DNA from: Monocercomonoides exilis PA203
Taxonomy: Eukaryota; Protista; Preaxostyla
Reading direction: 5' to 3'
NCBI GenBank assembly: GCA_001643675.2
Contig: LSRY02000036.1
Location: 1,001,638-1,065,637 of the forward strand
Length of the DNA: 64,000 nt
The position numbers and the translations under genes were made by a program. Below are positions 23,707-39,300 of the stretch, piece by piece. A model generated the notes under the pieces. The model saw nothing but the letters and a program-made list of their open reading frames with translations. It made no database searches and had not been told where the DNA came from. Position 1 is the first letter of the stretch. Every line of letters begins with the position of its first letter.

Positions 23707-26700
23707 TTAGAAATGAAAGTTGTCATCTGCATACCATTTATTCCAGAAATCTGATGTCAGTTCCCTGCTAAATCCAACAGAATAAAGATCTTTGGATAGT
23801 TGCGGTGTTTGCTCAGATTTACAAAGGAAAGCTATCAAGGTTTGTGAAGCTATCACTTGATATCTGCACCCATCTTCATATTTGTATGGATAATCAATTT
23901 GTCGATCGTTCTTGTTTGCATGCACCCAGAGACAGTCACTTATCTGTGGAGGCAGTGAGCAAGCAGATGGCGAATCGAAGGAAGTCAACGGGACATAAAG
24001 GAGAGGAGAGTGAATCTCGTTTGAAATAAAACATCTTGCAAAATCAGATCGGCCGAAGAGAATTTCGAAACAGGCTCGGAAGATTGTCTTATCTGGCAAA
24101 AAGGAGTCGTCTCTTGCTTCACTGCTCACAATGTGAATTAGCAAACGAAATGCTGCATAAAGGATCTCGTTTTCGCATCCTGCAAATGCATAGCAGGAAG
24201 GGAAAATCGAGCAAGAGGGAACTGAAGAAGGCATTGCATCATCCGCTTTTAAATAATAAGTACCTCCTTCGAAAACTGTGGACGCCTTCTTCATTTTCTG
24301 CTGGTAATTGTAAATTTCTGTGATGATGTTAGATGCTCGCTTAGCAGCTGAATGCAAGTTATCCATTCCGGCTGCACGAAAGCCAAAAGCTGAAACTGTA
24401 AAGCCGTCCATCGCATACAATGCACACAGCACGATTCGTGGGTGTGGGAACGAAGAAAGCTCAAGTGCTCTGGAAAATGTAGCACGCGAATAAAGTGGCC
24501 GCATTCTGAAATCGATTTCATATTTCTCTCCAAAAATTGACATGGCAGTTAATCCACTTTCAACTTTGACCAAAGGATCAACAGGAATTGACAGCTCAAC
24601 TGAGTTTATAATATTATCCATATAAGCTTTTTCTTCGTCTTCTTCTTCACATTCAGAAGAAGCACAGACTTCTTTGAACAAAGTACTTCCTTGTTTAATC
24701 TTCTGATCCCCATTTGAACTGCTGCCTGCCTGTACACTTGAGAATTGATCTCTTTGAAGATAACTTTGATTAGCAGATGTTTGCGGAATGTTGAAGCCAG
24801 CTTCTCTTTTAAGGTCTTCCATACGTCTCATTTCATTCTTAAGTTCTTCAAAAATAACACTGCTATTTTCTTTCACGTCGAATTTGCTCCAGTCTTCTTC
24901 TGAGTCAGTAGCTGATGCAGATGATGATGATGATGCCTCTATGTTGCTTACTGTGTCTTGCTTCTTCAGCTCTTCCAGCTTTTGTTCGAATGCTATCTTC
25001 CACACATCTGCATCTCCGTCAAATAGCATTGAAATGCATGACTGAACAATTGGATGTGTTTCAGAGGGATAAATCGCCACAGATGGTTCAGAGTGCATTG
25101 AATCTGGATTGTTGGAACAACTCCTATATGTGTAAATATATTGGTAATAAAAATATTTTTCGTCACACATGCAACACTCCTTCATTCTGGCTTTCCGTTT
25201 CTCGCCCCTCTCCTGCTCTGTCCATTCAAATGGGTATCTTCCGCACAGAAGTAAAGACAGCACTCCAGCCACATCAGCAACACTATCATCCACAGCAGAA
25301 GCTGCCAACTTGCACAAAAATGAGCTAAATGTTTTCAGAGGGCTGTCGAATTTCTGCAGAATTCGAAAAGTCTTTTTATCTTCAAATGTTCTGAAATAAG
25401 GATTATTAAACATTTCGCAAAACTTAATTGGTTCAGAAGCATAACGCATCAGGAGATAAATGGAAGGCATAAGATATGGTTCCATCTTTGTAATTTCTTT
25501 GGTTGTTGCGGGCGACGACGAAGACAACGAGTGGGAATGCAAAGTACTAAGATTTATCAGCGTCTCAACAAACGGTGTTGTCAGCTGCACAATCCAGAAT
25601 GCTTCTCTCCAACGGACACACTCAGCAACCACAGCCAAGCAAGGCATAATCAACTCCTCTGGCACTTGTGGAATGGCAAGCACCAGGTCAGAAGCAATCC
25701 CCATCCGCGCCACTTTCAGCGCTGCCTCCTTTCGCCCTCTCACAAACCACCAGAGCACTCTCAGCAGATCTTTCAAGAAGCAGCTGCTGGGCAGCAATGC
25801 TTTCGAGGGCTTTGACAAACGCTGCTTGGCGATGCGGAAAATGATGGAGAGAAAAGGCGAATGGAAGAGAAAAGAGCAGATGGCCTGGTGGGCATACATG
25901 CTGCGTGAGTGGCGGAACAGCCACAGAAGAAGATTCAGACCTGACTGCGCTGTTTGTGGTTCACTGAATATCAAAGAAAGTTGAAAGAAAAGTGAACAAA
26001 AAATGAATAGAATTTAAAATATTCAACAAAGAGAAGAAGAAAATAGAAAGAGTATTAAAATGAAGACAAGGCAAGCCTCAACAACAAAACAGCATTTGTC
26101 ACTTCTTCTGAAAGTGACCAACTTTCTTTCAACGATTTTGGCAAAGGCTTTTTAACTTCTCCTTCTTTTTCTTTTTCTTTTGTTTCCTTTTCTTTGCCTG
26201 CTTTTTTGTTCATTTCATTATTCTGACTATAAACAGTGATCCAATCTATTATCTTTTGTGCTTTTCTTCTTATCTCTGCATTCTTCATTGTCAAAGCAAA
26301 TCCTAAAAATGACTGCAGACATTTAAACACATTGACATCTATTTCTTTCTTATATTTTTGGTTTTCTTTGAAATTTTCTTTTTCTTTTTCTTTTTCTTTT
26401 TCTTCTGTCTGATCATTCAACGTTTCATCTGTTTGATCCTTTTTCTCTTTTGTCTCTTCTTCCTTTAACTCAGTTTCTTCTTTTGCTTCACTTTCTTTCG
26501 CTTCTTTTTCATCCTTTTCGTCTCTTTCATCCAATCCAACATCGTCTTCAGGGAGAAATCTTTCAATTGTATTCAAACAAGTCTCACAAAACAAATAAAA
26601 CTGAGCATAGTTCTTTTTCCATTCTTCTTCCTTTTCTTCTTCTTCTTTCATTGTGTCTTGTATTAAGGCTTCTATCCTTTTCTTTGAGCCATCACGATCG

Positions 26701-26859
26701 TTGTCTATCTTTTCCTTGTTTCTCCTTCTTTTCGTTTTCCTTTTCGTTTTCGTTTTCAATGCAACTGCATCATTAGACTCAAACGTATCAGCTCGAACGG
26801 CTTTTGCTATCTGTGGATTATCTTCATAAATGTCATTATCATCCATAACATCGCTTTCT

Positions 26860-26891
<32 letters not shown>

Positions 26892-28522
26892 GTCTTCGTC
26901 TTCGTCTTTATCTTCTTCTTCATAATAATCGTCTTCTTCTTCTTCTTTTCTCTTTTTCCTTTCAATTTTCTTATAACTGGAAGAAGAAGAAGATGATGAG
27001 GAGGACTCAAACAAAGAAAATGCTTTTGATTCACCTTTTTGCTTATTTGAATTTTGTGATGAAGTCTTTGGTAAATCTTTTTTATTGTTTGAAGACGAGA
27101 CAGACGAGGCTGAGGCAGAAGCAGAAGCAGAAGCAGAAGCAGAAGCAGTGCATTTCGGAGGAGGTGATTTGGATGCTGCTTTTCTGACTGAAGAAAAAGA
27201 AGAAGACGACGAAGACGAAGTCTTTGCAGAAGTAGGCGGAGACAAGCTGACTCCTCTTTTATTCGATGCAACAGGCGGAGGTGATTGAGATTTTGATGTT
27301 TTGTCATCTTTTCCTTTGCCTTTGCCATTCTCTTTGTTTTGCTTTTGCTTTTGCTGTGCTGGTGGAGGTGAGACAGAATGCTCCTTCTTTTCGTCTTTGA
27401 TTGCATTTGCAGTGTTCTCTTGACTTTTCCCTTTCTGTCCAGTTTCTTCTGGCTTTTTCTGGTTGATGCTTGGTAAATCCACTTTTTGTGCTTTCTGCTG
27501 TTTTGAAGGCATTTCTTGTGGATTTCCTGACAAAACCATAACAGACGCTGAGGCAGAGGCAGACGGAGAAACCTGAGGAGACGTAAGAAGAGATGCATGC
27601 GGTGATGTTGCAGATGCAATTAGAGATACTTTTGGAGGTGGAGAGCGAGATTTTGAAGAGCTTTTGAATGAACGTGAGGCAAATGAGCTTTGATCTGGTG
27701 GCGGAGATCTTCCCCTCCTTCTCTGCTGCGTCCTTATTTCTTCTTCAAAATAATGCGTTCGCTTCATCTCTTTCTCTATGCGTCTTGCAAGTCTTTCGAA
27801 AAACCCAATTTGAATCACTCCTGGAATAAATCTTGGGATTGATTCAATTAACACACTTAATTAACAAAGAAATTTGTAAGTCTTAATTTTATTTCCAATG
27901 CAAAAGAATCATACCCAATCCCACGTATTCCCTCAATTGCACAAATGGGATTGTCAAACTGCAGTTAATACCAAAAAAATGCAAAAAGGACTTTCATTTC
28001 ATGAATAATTAAATAAAACAAAACAAACATCAATAAGAGCATTGAAAATGAATGCAACTGCTTTTGGCTTAAGAGGCAATGAGTTTGGACAAAAGAGTCG
28101 AATAAGGTCCACTAAAATTTTAATTGATGCATTCTTGAAATAAATAATAACAAAAAACATCTAAAGGAAAAAAGTTGGAAAAATTACCGAAAGTTCTTTG
28201 TTCTCTCGTGAAAACGTTGAATCAACAAGAAATCGAATAAATGAGCTGTTTAAAAGATCTGGAAGCCGCCATAACGGATCTGAAATTTCAAAACGAAGTT
28301 TTCAATCAAAATCCATTTTATCGTTACCAAGATAATAAAAAAAGATCGAACCTTCTGAAACAATTTTATGAATCGTTTGAAGATATTCCCAATATGGATA
28401 TAATTCTTCTCTTGAAATATCATCCAATCTGCAAATTTCTTTCGGCAACTTTAAAATAATAATAATAATAAACACCATATTGATGAATATAACTCTTTAG
28501 CACATACCCATGATAGCGACAT
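23707..28522 (-). CDS. Large multi-exon hypothetical protein, ARM/helical-repeat-like with long low-complexity Ser/Lys/Glu linker
   Basis: Long ORFs 26055-27854 and 23707-25974 are separated by an intron-sized gap. Small 5' exons begin MSLSW|LPKEICRLDD (ATG 28522, GTATGT donor). Confidence 0.65.
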
Positions 28523-29014
28523 CTATTTTTAAATGTGGCAATCGAAATAAATAAATATTTATTTATTTAATAATTTTTTTCTGAAAATGAATACCCATAT
28601 TATTCTTTTCAAAAACAGTTTTTCGTTTCGGATTTAAAGTTGTCTCAGGCCGTATAAATTTTGTGAAATCAATAAACTGATACTATTTTCGGTAAAAGGC
28701 AACATACAATGTTAACGAAATGACTTGCAGTTTTTGTGCATGAGATATTTTGGTTTCGTTTTTGGTGTTGCGGCTATTGAATTGCGATGCGAAATAAGCT
28801 CATTTGAACGAAATGGCTTCAGCCTGTTGCTTAAGGAAAAAGTTTTAGCCTCTTGTTTCTGTGTGTGAGCTGCACTTCATACTTGCAATTGCAAAATTTA
28901 AATTTTTTTTAATAAAAAACACAAATAAAATTTATAAATAATGAACAGATAATAAATTCGTGTTCATCAAAACAAAAATAAAATTCGATCAAATACATAA
29001 TAAACAAAAATTTG

Positions 29015-30589
29015 ATGGGATTGGATATTTCTGTTCCAGTTTCCGAAGACGAAAAAAAAATAACTCTAACAGATGCAGAAATATTGAAGTTATATGGAAT
29101 TGAAGATTTGTCGCTTTCGTTGGCAAAACAAAAATTTATTGTGGATTATTTGAGACATTCTGCAAAATCTCTTATTCATCTTGTTTCTACAAAATCAACC
29201 GATACCATTTCTGAAGCTGTAAGCAAATATTTTGAGTCATCGTTGGAGCAGGCGGATGATTATGCTCGAGGGCTTGACGATAAGTTGCGTATGAAAATGA
29301 AGAATTGTTTTATGCGTCATTAAAAATGTTTACAAAAAATATATTATTTATCTTTATTGTTCAATTGTTAATTCATACAAGGCGGAATCCAACAGGAAAC
29401 AAATTTTGCTTCACTTGCCAAAAGATCAGATTTGAAAAACATGGAACAAAGATTAAAAAAATATTCAATCAAGGTCTTTACTCGAAAGGGATTTATCCAT
29501 TTTTATTTTTAGTAACACTTTTCTTTCCTTTTTTTGTAAACAAGAAAATTGAAGAAGTCCAAGAACAATTGAGCCAACTTACAATCGCTGTGAACGAACC
29601 ATGGGATTTCAAGGAAACAGTTTGACATCCGCAACAAACTTATGTTGAAACATTTAACATTTTGAATTATTTACATCCTTTTTAAAATGTTTCTTTTTCT
29701 TTTTCCTTTCTTTCTTTCTTTTTTTTTTAAATCACGTCTTATCAAGGAAAGCGAAAATGAAGATGATAACGAAGAAAGTGAAAAAGATGTAGATGGAAAA
29801 ATAAAGGATAAAGAAGAATTAAAAGCTAAAGCAGATAAAAAAACTGACAGCTACAGCGAAGAAGAAACGACTTCATTGAGAATAAAGGAAAAGACTGAGA
29901 AGAAAGAACAGAGCAGTAAAGATGATACGAACTCAGAATCCTCAACCGATTCAAGTGACGCTGAGAAGTTCAGTGACGAAGATTCCTCTTCTTCAATACA
30001 TTCTACGGATTCATCATCAGACGTAAAGCCAACTTCAAAGAAGAAGAAAGGAAAAAATGGAACATTTTTCCTTCCAAGCCCTTTGCCAAACATACAATTG
30101 GTTAAAAACACGGCTAGGTGGAATTCTGCTTCGCCTGCAACAATTCCTATTAACCCTCTTATTAAGTCTGGTATTTGGAAGTGCAAAGTTAAACTCGAAA
30201 ACACATCATGTTGCACTTTTATCACAGGGATATGCTTGATGAAGTATCCATTGACATACAGCCTAACTGTTGTGCCAGGAGATGACAATCAAATAGCAAT
30301 TTTCGAAACATTGGGAAAGTTGCGCCTGAATGGAAAAAATTTGCAATCACTTCCAATCACACCAGACAACACTTCAATTTCAACAATAGTGGACATGAAG
30401 AAAAAGCGAGCATATTTCTACGCAAACGGTGTTCTTTCGCCAGCGTATCTGGACAAACTTCCGAAAGAGTTGTACATCGGAGTTCGAGGATATGCATCAA
30501 ATGGAATACAAACGGTCAAAACTATGAAGAAAATATCGAAAGTTGGTATTAACTCGAAAAAACTTAAGGAAAAGATTAGTTGGTGTTAA
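29015..30589 (+). CDS. Multi-exon protein with C-terminal SPRY/B30.2-like beta domain
   Basis: Exons at 29015-~29285, ~29380-29470, ~29545-29620 and the 29687-30589 ORF. C-terminal SGIWKCKVKL...ISTIVDMKKKRAYFYANG...LPKELYIGV is SPRY-like. Confidence 0.55.
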
Positions 30590-31633
30590 AAAACTATGAT
30601 ATTTCATGTTAAATGCAACATTTAAATAGCTTTGAAAAGATTTTCTCAATGGAAAATTGTACATAATCACAAAAGCATCTACAGGTCTTTTTGCAGAATT
30701 ATGCATTTGCTGTTTATTTTCTGTTTATCTCTTTATCAATGATATCTTGCAGTTCAGAATTAAAGTAATTAAGTTTAAGATTTTGAGATGAATTTTGTTG
30801 GATTTTGAAGAGCGCTTCGGACGTGAAATGCTGGAGTGATGAGACATTTTCTTTAAAAATTTATTTTTCTGCTCATTGCGTTTTGCTTTTCAATTCTTTT
30901 ATATTTTAGTAATTCGAATTTTTTGGATAAATAAACTTTGAATATCTTCCTTCCTTCTTTTTTCCATTGAAATTAACAGATACCCTTTTATGAGCGTGCT
31001 ATTCTGTTTTGAAAACTTTCGAATGCAGAAAAATGGGGTAAAATTTTTGCTATTGTGAAAAAAAACTGAGATTTATTTCAAACTTTTTCAGTCATCATAT
31101 CATTTTAAATCAACCGTAACAATGCATAAAATTACAAAAAAATTCAAAAATTGAGAAATTTATTTAGAAAATATTGAATGGAATAAAATTCATAAAGCAA
31201 AATCCATTTCCCCAAATTAAAGAAGCAACTATTTTTTCAAATAATGGACTTTTATGAACGTACTTTCAAAATGTTATGCACAGGAAATTTCGTATGAAGA
31301 AAGCACCTCTTACAAATGTGAGGTTAACAACAACAACAACATAAAAAGAAAGAAAGAAAGAAAAAGAAAAGAAACAAAATCCTTTCAAAAAAATAAAATA
31401 AAATAAAATAAAAATAAAAGAGTAATATGTTAGTTTGCAATTTCTTTTTCTTTTTGATATCCATAACAAACCATTCGTAAAACACCAACAAAGACTCAAC
31501 TTATAATATCACAATGGTAATATTACAGAAAATCAAATGCTTCATTTTAACAAAATTGCTAGAAATATAATCCATAATTATATTATAAGTCTTAGATAAA
31601 AGCAGCTGACCAAACTACCAATTGATAATGAAT

Positions 31634-33503
31634 TCAACCGTTTTGACTTTCCATGCTCAGCAAAACGACAGCATCCTTCAACACAAACACAAGTGAAGAG
31701 CAAAGAACAACTGAAGCAATGGATAAAATTATAATTTCTGCCATCTTTCGAAGCCAGAAAATGTTGCGCCATCCAAGACGTAGATGCATTAAAAGAGGAA
31801 GAACAAGTAAAATAAAACCCCTAACGCTGCATCCAGCTATCGATATAAAATAACAAAAATGACGTCGAAATGGAGTAAGAGAAGGAATGGCAGCAGCGGA
31901 TACAAGAGAAACGCGAAGAAGTAAAATAACAATCCAGTATGCAGCTTTAGATTTTTTGTGCACATATCTAACACATTTATACTCTTCAATTGCTTCACTA
32001 ACAGCGAAAAGCTTAAGATAAAGCTCAACAAATCCAATAACAGCCACAAGACAGCAAACGGAAAGTCGTAAATAGGATGTTCCGGATCCAGAGTTGACAA
32101 AAACAAATTCATCAATTGGGATTTCAAGGAATAAAGAAGTTAGAAGGCCAAAGCAACAGAAAAGAAGAAAAGACAAAAATAAAACAAAGCATAAAACTGA
32201 CATAAAAAACGATGGTCTGGCCATGCTGTTCTGAATAGGAAGAACCTGAGGAGGAATTTTGATAAGAAAATTTGAGTTTAAACAAAAATAAAATCCAAAA
32301 TTTAGATTATATTATCGAAGCAAAAAAGACCAGCGAACCAATCCGGCTCCTTCAAAAGAAAAAAGTGATACTCCTAATAGGAATGGTAAATTATTCCACA
32401 AAAAAGGGTTGTGGTTGCTTGCGGGTGAACCAACAAGAAGAATGTTTCTGATTGAAAATTCGAAATATGAAATAATTAAAAAAAGTTATCAATTAAGCCT
32501 AAAAGGAGTGAATAATAATTAATACAAACGCAATGATTAAAACGATAACACATATGATTAAAATATTTGAAAAGACAGTCATGAAAGATATTAACCTTAT
32601 GGATCTAAATATTTTGTGTTTGAAATAAAATAGAATTGTTTGAAATAATCACAAATTGCATTTCACATGTAATGAATAGAATTTCAAGCAAAGAATTATT
32701 ATAAAACTTCAGAAAAATAAATGCAAATGTTTATTTTTTTTTTTCAATTTGATTTCAAAAAATCTATTGTAATTGTGAATCAATCACTCATACCTGATAA
32801 ATAATACAAGGAACAACATAATAAACACAATAAGAACAAAAATTTGTTGTATTACAGTTGGTGCCATTGATTCCAATGTGCAAGTTGATATCATAAAACA
32901 TGCAACACAATTGCATAATTCAGATAGAACCATTAAGCATTCAATAAGAACACTAAAATAACGGCCGAAGCATTCTTTGCTAATGCCAACAAGAGTCTTC
33001 ATGTTTTGAGGTCTGCAATAATTCTTAAAAATATTTTAAGCAAAAATTTAGCATTAAATTTTTTTTATAAAATGATAATTGTATTTATATTTTCCACACT
33101 TTACATTCTATAAGAACGAACATCGAAAATGTCGTAAAAGCACCTATTGCTAGTAATATGATCAATGACAGTGCCCATCCACAAGTTGTAAAAGCGAAAG
33201 GAAGAGCAAAAACGCTTGGTCCAACAAATGAATTGAAAGTTGTCATAATTGCTTCGGGAATACTTGATAATTTAGAAATTTCTACATCCAACAAGCTGCT
33301 CAATGATGCAATTGAATGAAATTTAACTATGCTACTTTGAAATGAAATTGGTGAATGAGTATGGCGCAAAAGAGATTGGACTTCTTCTGACGATGTCCCT
33401 CCAACTTCATGAGTCAAATTGTTATCCGCGTCATCCTAAAATAGTTTTATTTTCAATTATTGAATTTTTTCAAGTGCATTTAAATCGAAAACGAATTAAC
33501 CAT
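31634..33503 (-). CDS. Amino acid/auxin permease (Aa_trans, SLC36/38-like) transporter, multi-exon
   Basis: TFNSFVGPSVFALPFAFTTCGW, FLLGVSLFSFEGAGL, VLPIQNSMARPSFF, multiple TM segments. ATG mini-exon at 33501-33503 followed by a phase-0 intron. Confidence 0.85.
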
Positions 33504-34011
33504 TTATCCATATTATCTTAAGGGAATAATTATATTATACATAATAATATTATCAAAACAAGGAGAATTTATCAAAAGTTAAAATATATTACAAAGATAT
33601 TGCTGTTAATTTTTTATTCTATTTGAAAATGTATTTCATATTTTTGTCGAACAAAAGAATAATTAACCAAAATAATTTCATTAAAAAAAATAGAATAATT
33701 ATTTGCATATCAAATTCATTATTAACATAATTTAATGAAATACACACAATATGCTTGAGCTTGTGAATTTCTGATTTGCTTTCAGGAATATTCATTTCTC
33801 GATTTTTTCCTCTTTTAACAATCAGGCTGATTGCATCAAAAGTCGAGAAATTCAAGCTTTTCAATTTCTTTCGCTTGAAAAAATGAAAATCAAAACAAGA
33901 AATAAAAAAAAAATGAATATTTAAAAGTTTAAAATGGATTTAAAAAATTTGCAAATCTAATCGGTATTTTCATCATCAAGAGTTGTGTTGTTTGAAAAAT
34001 CATTATTTTAA

Positions 34012-34015
34012 CAAA

Positions 34016-34061
<46 letters not shown>
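34012..34061. repeat. (AAAT)n microsatellite followed by poly-A
   Basis: Directly visible. Confidence 0.9.
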
Positions 34062-34065
<4 letters not shown>

Positions 34066-34914
34066 GAAATAAAAAAAAAAAAAAAAAAAAAACAGTTTTG
34101 AGGCTGGAACAAACACCATGAGACAATATATGATGCAAATATTCTGGTACAAATGCAAACTTTAATTGTTCTATTTCAGTTTATTGCGAATAGTTCTATC
34201 CATATTTTTGAATGTCAATGGAATTTGAGTCATTCATTTGTTAATCAGCTGAAAGAGTTTCATTGTGTTTGGCATCTCATTCATTACGTCACTTCATAGC
34301 AGATGCATATTATCTCAACACCCTCAGGTTTTGAGACGATTTTTCAATTATCAGTTTTTCAGCAACCTTCTTTTCATGAACAGAACATCACACGATAAAT
34401 GCTATTCTTCATTCGCATAATTGGATGGATACAAACCACTTTGAAAATAACTCGATTAAACATCATTTCATCATCATCATCTTCTTCTTCTTCTTCTTCC
34501 GTTTCTCTTTCTTTTTCTTTTTCTTTAGTCATCATCATATTCTTCTTCTTCTTTCTCTTCATTTTTTTGCTTTGCTCCGTTTCAAAATTAGAAAAAACTA
34601 GCTTTTGAAATGAGATTCAAAAAATGCTTGTTTTCGATTTTGTGAAACGATAAAAATAAAGATATGACACTCATTTGAGGTTTGTCGAATTGTGATATGA
34701 AGCTAAAAAAAAATAAATAAAATTTTTGATTTTCAGATTAAATTACATCTCATTTCCTCAAACATTTACAGAACAATCTGAAAAATTATCAAATAATCTT
34801 GGAAAAAAAAACCTCATTAATAAAAAAAACATATCCAAAGTTTGTTAAAAATCATTAACCTATGAAAAAAAATATTTCATTTTTGAATTACAAAATATAT
34901 ACCATTTCTCTCTG

Positions 34915-36368
34915 TCAGACACTCCAAATATAATCGGAAATATTCAATGACAATACACAAAAATATTTTTCTTTGAAAAAATAAACAGTTTCATTGAAAG
35001 TTGTGATGGTATCTTCGTATCCTTCTTCTTCCATTTTTTCAAATATCTTCCTTTTGGTTGCCTTTCTTTTTGCTTCTTCCATTTCATCTTTCTCCTCGTC
35101 TTTTAGTCTTTCTGAAATATTCAGAAAGAGTCGCAAGCATTCAATTGTTATTTCGTCATCTAGTGTTGTTCGCTGAATCTCCTTCAAAACAGCATCAATA
35201 GTTCCGCTCTTCAGCAATGCATCAATTTTCACATTTCTTTTATCCGTTATCTTTTCCAATACATCAATACTCTGATAGCAAATATCTCTGTAATAATCTT
35301 TAGATGCTCGAAATACTCTCACAACGCAGTCAATTAGCTTTGCAAGTTCTTCATTCCACAATTTGCATGAGGAAAAGTAATCATCAATAACAGTAAGCCA
35401 TCTATCGATAATATGCACTTCTTTCCCTTCTTTTCCCTCTTCTTTTTTCTCTCTCTTCCAATCCACGCTTTTTATTAGATCTTCCAATTCGCTTGCTGCT
35501 TCTCTCGAAAAATGCAACTCATTCACAATAGTATCTTCCAATCTTTTATAATTGAGTAATCTATTCATCATAAATTTCCAAGATGATTGATATGCAAGTG
35601 TCGTCAGATTGTGATGCTCCTGATGATATTTGATGATTTCTATGATTTCCTCCAAATACATGTCTTTTTTGATTATCTAATCAGAAAAAAAAATTGTCAA
35701 AATGGAAATAGTTATGCTCATACAGTATATTTATCAATGCAACTTAATGCAAGTAAAGCCATTTCTACTTCTTTTTGAGTCTTCTCGCCTTCCTCATTCT
35801 TTGAGGCAGCTTTAAGAAGAAAAGACACACAAATTGGTATCAGCTCTTCAGAATACTGGATGTAAAGCAAAAGATAGCATTCGCAAAGATCAGTCAGAAG
35901 CTTTTCGTTCTTTTCATCCTTTTTTTTCTCATTCTCATCAACAATCATCTTCTCAAATCTTTTGCAGAATGATGATTCATCAAAAAAATATATTAAAAAT
36001 ATTTTCGACACGTTGATGAATCCAATATGCTTCAGCAACAAAAGAACATTTCCCCAATGCAATTTATTTTCTTCAATCATTTGGTATATTTTATCGAACA
36101 GTTCTTCTGTCAAAGCAGAGGTGAATTCATCTTTATCCATCTCTTCCATCGCTTCATTCATTTCAAGGATTTTCTTTCTCTGATCATCTTCATCGCAATG
36201 CTCCAGCTCAGAAAACAATTCTTCAAAAAAAAAGAAAGAAATCCAATCAAAAAGAATTCACGTGCAATTGCAATTGCAAACCATTGAACTTTTTTGTGCT
36301 GTCTGTCTCCTATATACAGATTTTTCAATTAAAATTGTTCAAGAAAACAATACCATTTTGATATTCAT
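34915..36368 (-). CDS. Member of an expanded alpha-helical hypothetical protein family (signature HQEHHNLTxLAYQSxWxF)
   Basis: Exons MNIKM|ETDSTKKFN|ELFSELEHC...ALSCI..|..YLEEIIEIIKYHQEHHNLTTLAYQSSW...KMEEEGYED. Clear paralogy with 40275-41712 and with the fragments inside the Merlin arms. Confidence 0.75.
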
Positions 36369-39300
36369 ATTGAATTTGAATATCATTGGATAGAAGAAGT
36401 GAATGAAAAATTAAAACCACAAAAAGATAAATAATATGTGCATTCAAACCGATATTTCTTTTGCTGACATTTTTAACAAAATATTATGAAGAGAAACAAC
36501 GCTTTTTCTGTTTTTCTGTTCGTTGTTATGGATATCATGATCAAAATGCATCATTTTCTTTGAATATGATTGTCCATTGTTGGAATGAGAGATCAGCAAA
36601 CGAATATTTTCTGCAGGATAGGAGATATTATTTTGCGTGGTGGAACGAAACAACGACAGCGGGGAATTGGTGATGGAATTAAGCAAGATGATTTTTTTGA
36701 AAATCATCTTTGAAGGAAATTTATTTTCCAAAATAACATATGAAAATTATGATGTTTGCATTTTTTATTATTCTTGTTCATTTTAAAGATGTTTCCATCT
36801 GTGGCCTTCTCAGAGTGCAAGAATCTGATAAATTATATAAATGGCCATTTCTTTGCTTTTCTGAAGAGAATATCAGAAGAGAGGCGAATTCCGAGATATA
36901 ATCAGCAAATGAGAATTGAAGATTTTAAGTGTTCAGTTGGGAGAGGATGAAAGCAAATCCGATGGAAAAGCATTTTGATGAGAATGAAAAGAAGAATGCC
37001 AACAATTGGACAGCACTTGGAAAGAAAATATGAAGAATATTATTTTGTCTGAAAAAAATGTGGATGATAATATCGAAAGCAGGATATTTACGTGGGAAAA
37101 AAGGATGACAGAGAAAGGAGCACTGGGAAACAATGGGAAAGGAGATTGACAACATCGGTGATTGAACAATCTTCAGCTTTTGTGATTGGAAAGTCAGGTG
37201 TGTTCTTTTGAGGAATTTTTATCATCAATGCTTTTCTAATTATTATTTTTATTTCAAATCTTTTTTCTCATTCCAACCAACAACATTTTTTATGTTGAGC
37301 GTCATTCTCAGGGGAAATCTATTTCAAGTTGCATTTTTGCGGATTATATGGTTTCTTCTTCTCCTCCTCCAATCTCTTCATTGACGAGATTTTTTAAATT
37401 TTACTGATGGAAAGAACGCCTTCTTCGTGTTTGAGAATTTGTTGTTTGAATAGCCATTAAATCCTCATGATGCAACATTAAAAATATTTTCCTTCTCTTG
37501 CTGCTGTTGTCTGATATGCAATTCGAATCTGTTCTTAATGTCTGCATTTTCTTCAGATGAGTTTTGTTCGCCTTTGTCGCCCAGCTCGTCAAAAGGGTAT
37601 CATCAAACTCATTTCATTCCATTTCTCTTTCAGATGCTTTTTCTTATTTTTCTTCTGTTTCTCCCTCCTCTCCTTACTCTTCATATTAATCATTATTATC
37701 ATTCCTCCTCCTCCTCTTCTTCAACTTCCTCAAAATCAAATTCAAAAATTTCTCAATAGGAAAATAATTTTATTATATTGAGCCCCGATTGCAGAAAAAT
37801 CATTGTCATTTCTATAATCGATATTTTTGTTTAGAAGTGAACGAAACGTTGTTCAGAAAGCATCATCAAAGAAAGAAAAGTTTCTTAATCCGAGTTTTTT
37901 GCCAGAGGTGCAAAATACATGTGCTTATTTGGATTAAATTAAAAGAAAAATGCACCAGAAGAGAGAGGAATTTTTTTCACAATATTTGCTCTTCTTCTTC
38001 TTCCTCTTTTGTTGCCAACAACTATCTTTGGGTAATTTTCTTCTTCATCTTCTTCCTTTTTTGGGATGCAGAATAGAAAAAATTGAGCGAATCTGATTCA
38101 AATCCATTCTTTTTGAGCATTGCTCGAAAAGATATTGCTTTTGGAGATTCTTTTTTGGAAAATGTTAACAACCTTTCACTAAACACAGATGAATGAAACA
38201 AAGAGAAGATTGCTAAAGAATAAAAAAGTTACACAGAGAAGACTAGGAAATCAGCCCAATCGAAAAGAGAGACAAGTCTCTTTCACAGAAATGGATTTGG
38301 CACTTTCTTTTAAATGAGTGTATTTTTGGAGAATTATTATCATGTTCTGACAGAACAACTATTTTATTCACAATTCAATTTGTGGGACATTTGAAGCAGA
38401 AGGCAGACATTGAATATCAGAAGACATTTCCATCTTCATGATTTTCTTCATCTTCATTGGTAATTCAATCAACTTTCCCACTCACTGATTTATTTTTCAA
38501 CATTTCATCCTTCTGTCAACGTTGCTGCTGATTTCTCGTTCATTGTTCATCTCTCTTGAAGCTCATCTCTTTCGACAAAAATCATCATTGTTCATCTTCT
38601 TCATCACCATTTTCCAAAAACACATTTTGTTTCAAATTCTTCTTGAATAGCCATCAACAAACATGAAACGCTCAACATTTGATATTTCTTCGTTCTTCTT
38701 ATTCTTCTATCATCATCAAAGACAGCATAAGAATGTTTAACAGAATTTCTTCTTCTTCTGCTGCTGCACTTTGAATGTTTATGAAAACAGAAAAATTGGA
38801 GAATGGAAGAGAAAAGGCAAATGAAGACTTTTCCATCGAACACATCAATCATTTGCATCAAAGCTGTGAATTCATTTACTTCGTCTTTTCAATTTATCCT
38901 CAGCAAGCAAAAATGAAAGGTTTTATATTTTCATGAATTCATTGCTTTTGTATTGAGCTTGAGATAAAAGCGGATTTGGAAGAATGGATTTTTGGAACAT
39001 TTCATGAATTGAAGAAAAATGGAGAGGAAAAGAAGAGAGAAAGGAAAAGAATAATTTTGAGCGAAGATTAAGGGATATCAGTTAAGGAAAGAGAATAAGG
39101 ACGGAAAATGTTTGATGAACAAAGAAATATTTATTTATGAGATAACAAAGCAACTGAAGAGGAAATTCAATTGAAGAATAACTTTTGGATGATATTGTGA
39201 GAAAAGAATGTGAGTGAGGTGTCTTCTCTTTCTCCATCAATTGGAAAAGGCAGAAGAAAACAGAATGATGAAAGAAAAAGGAAGAAAAAGAGAAAGAAAT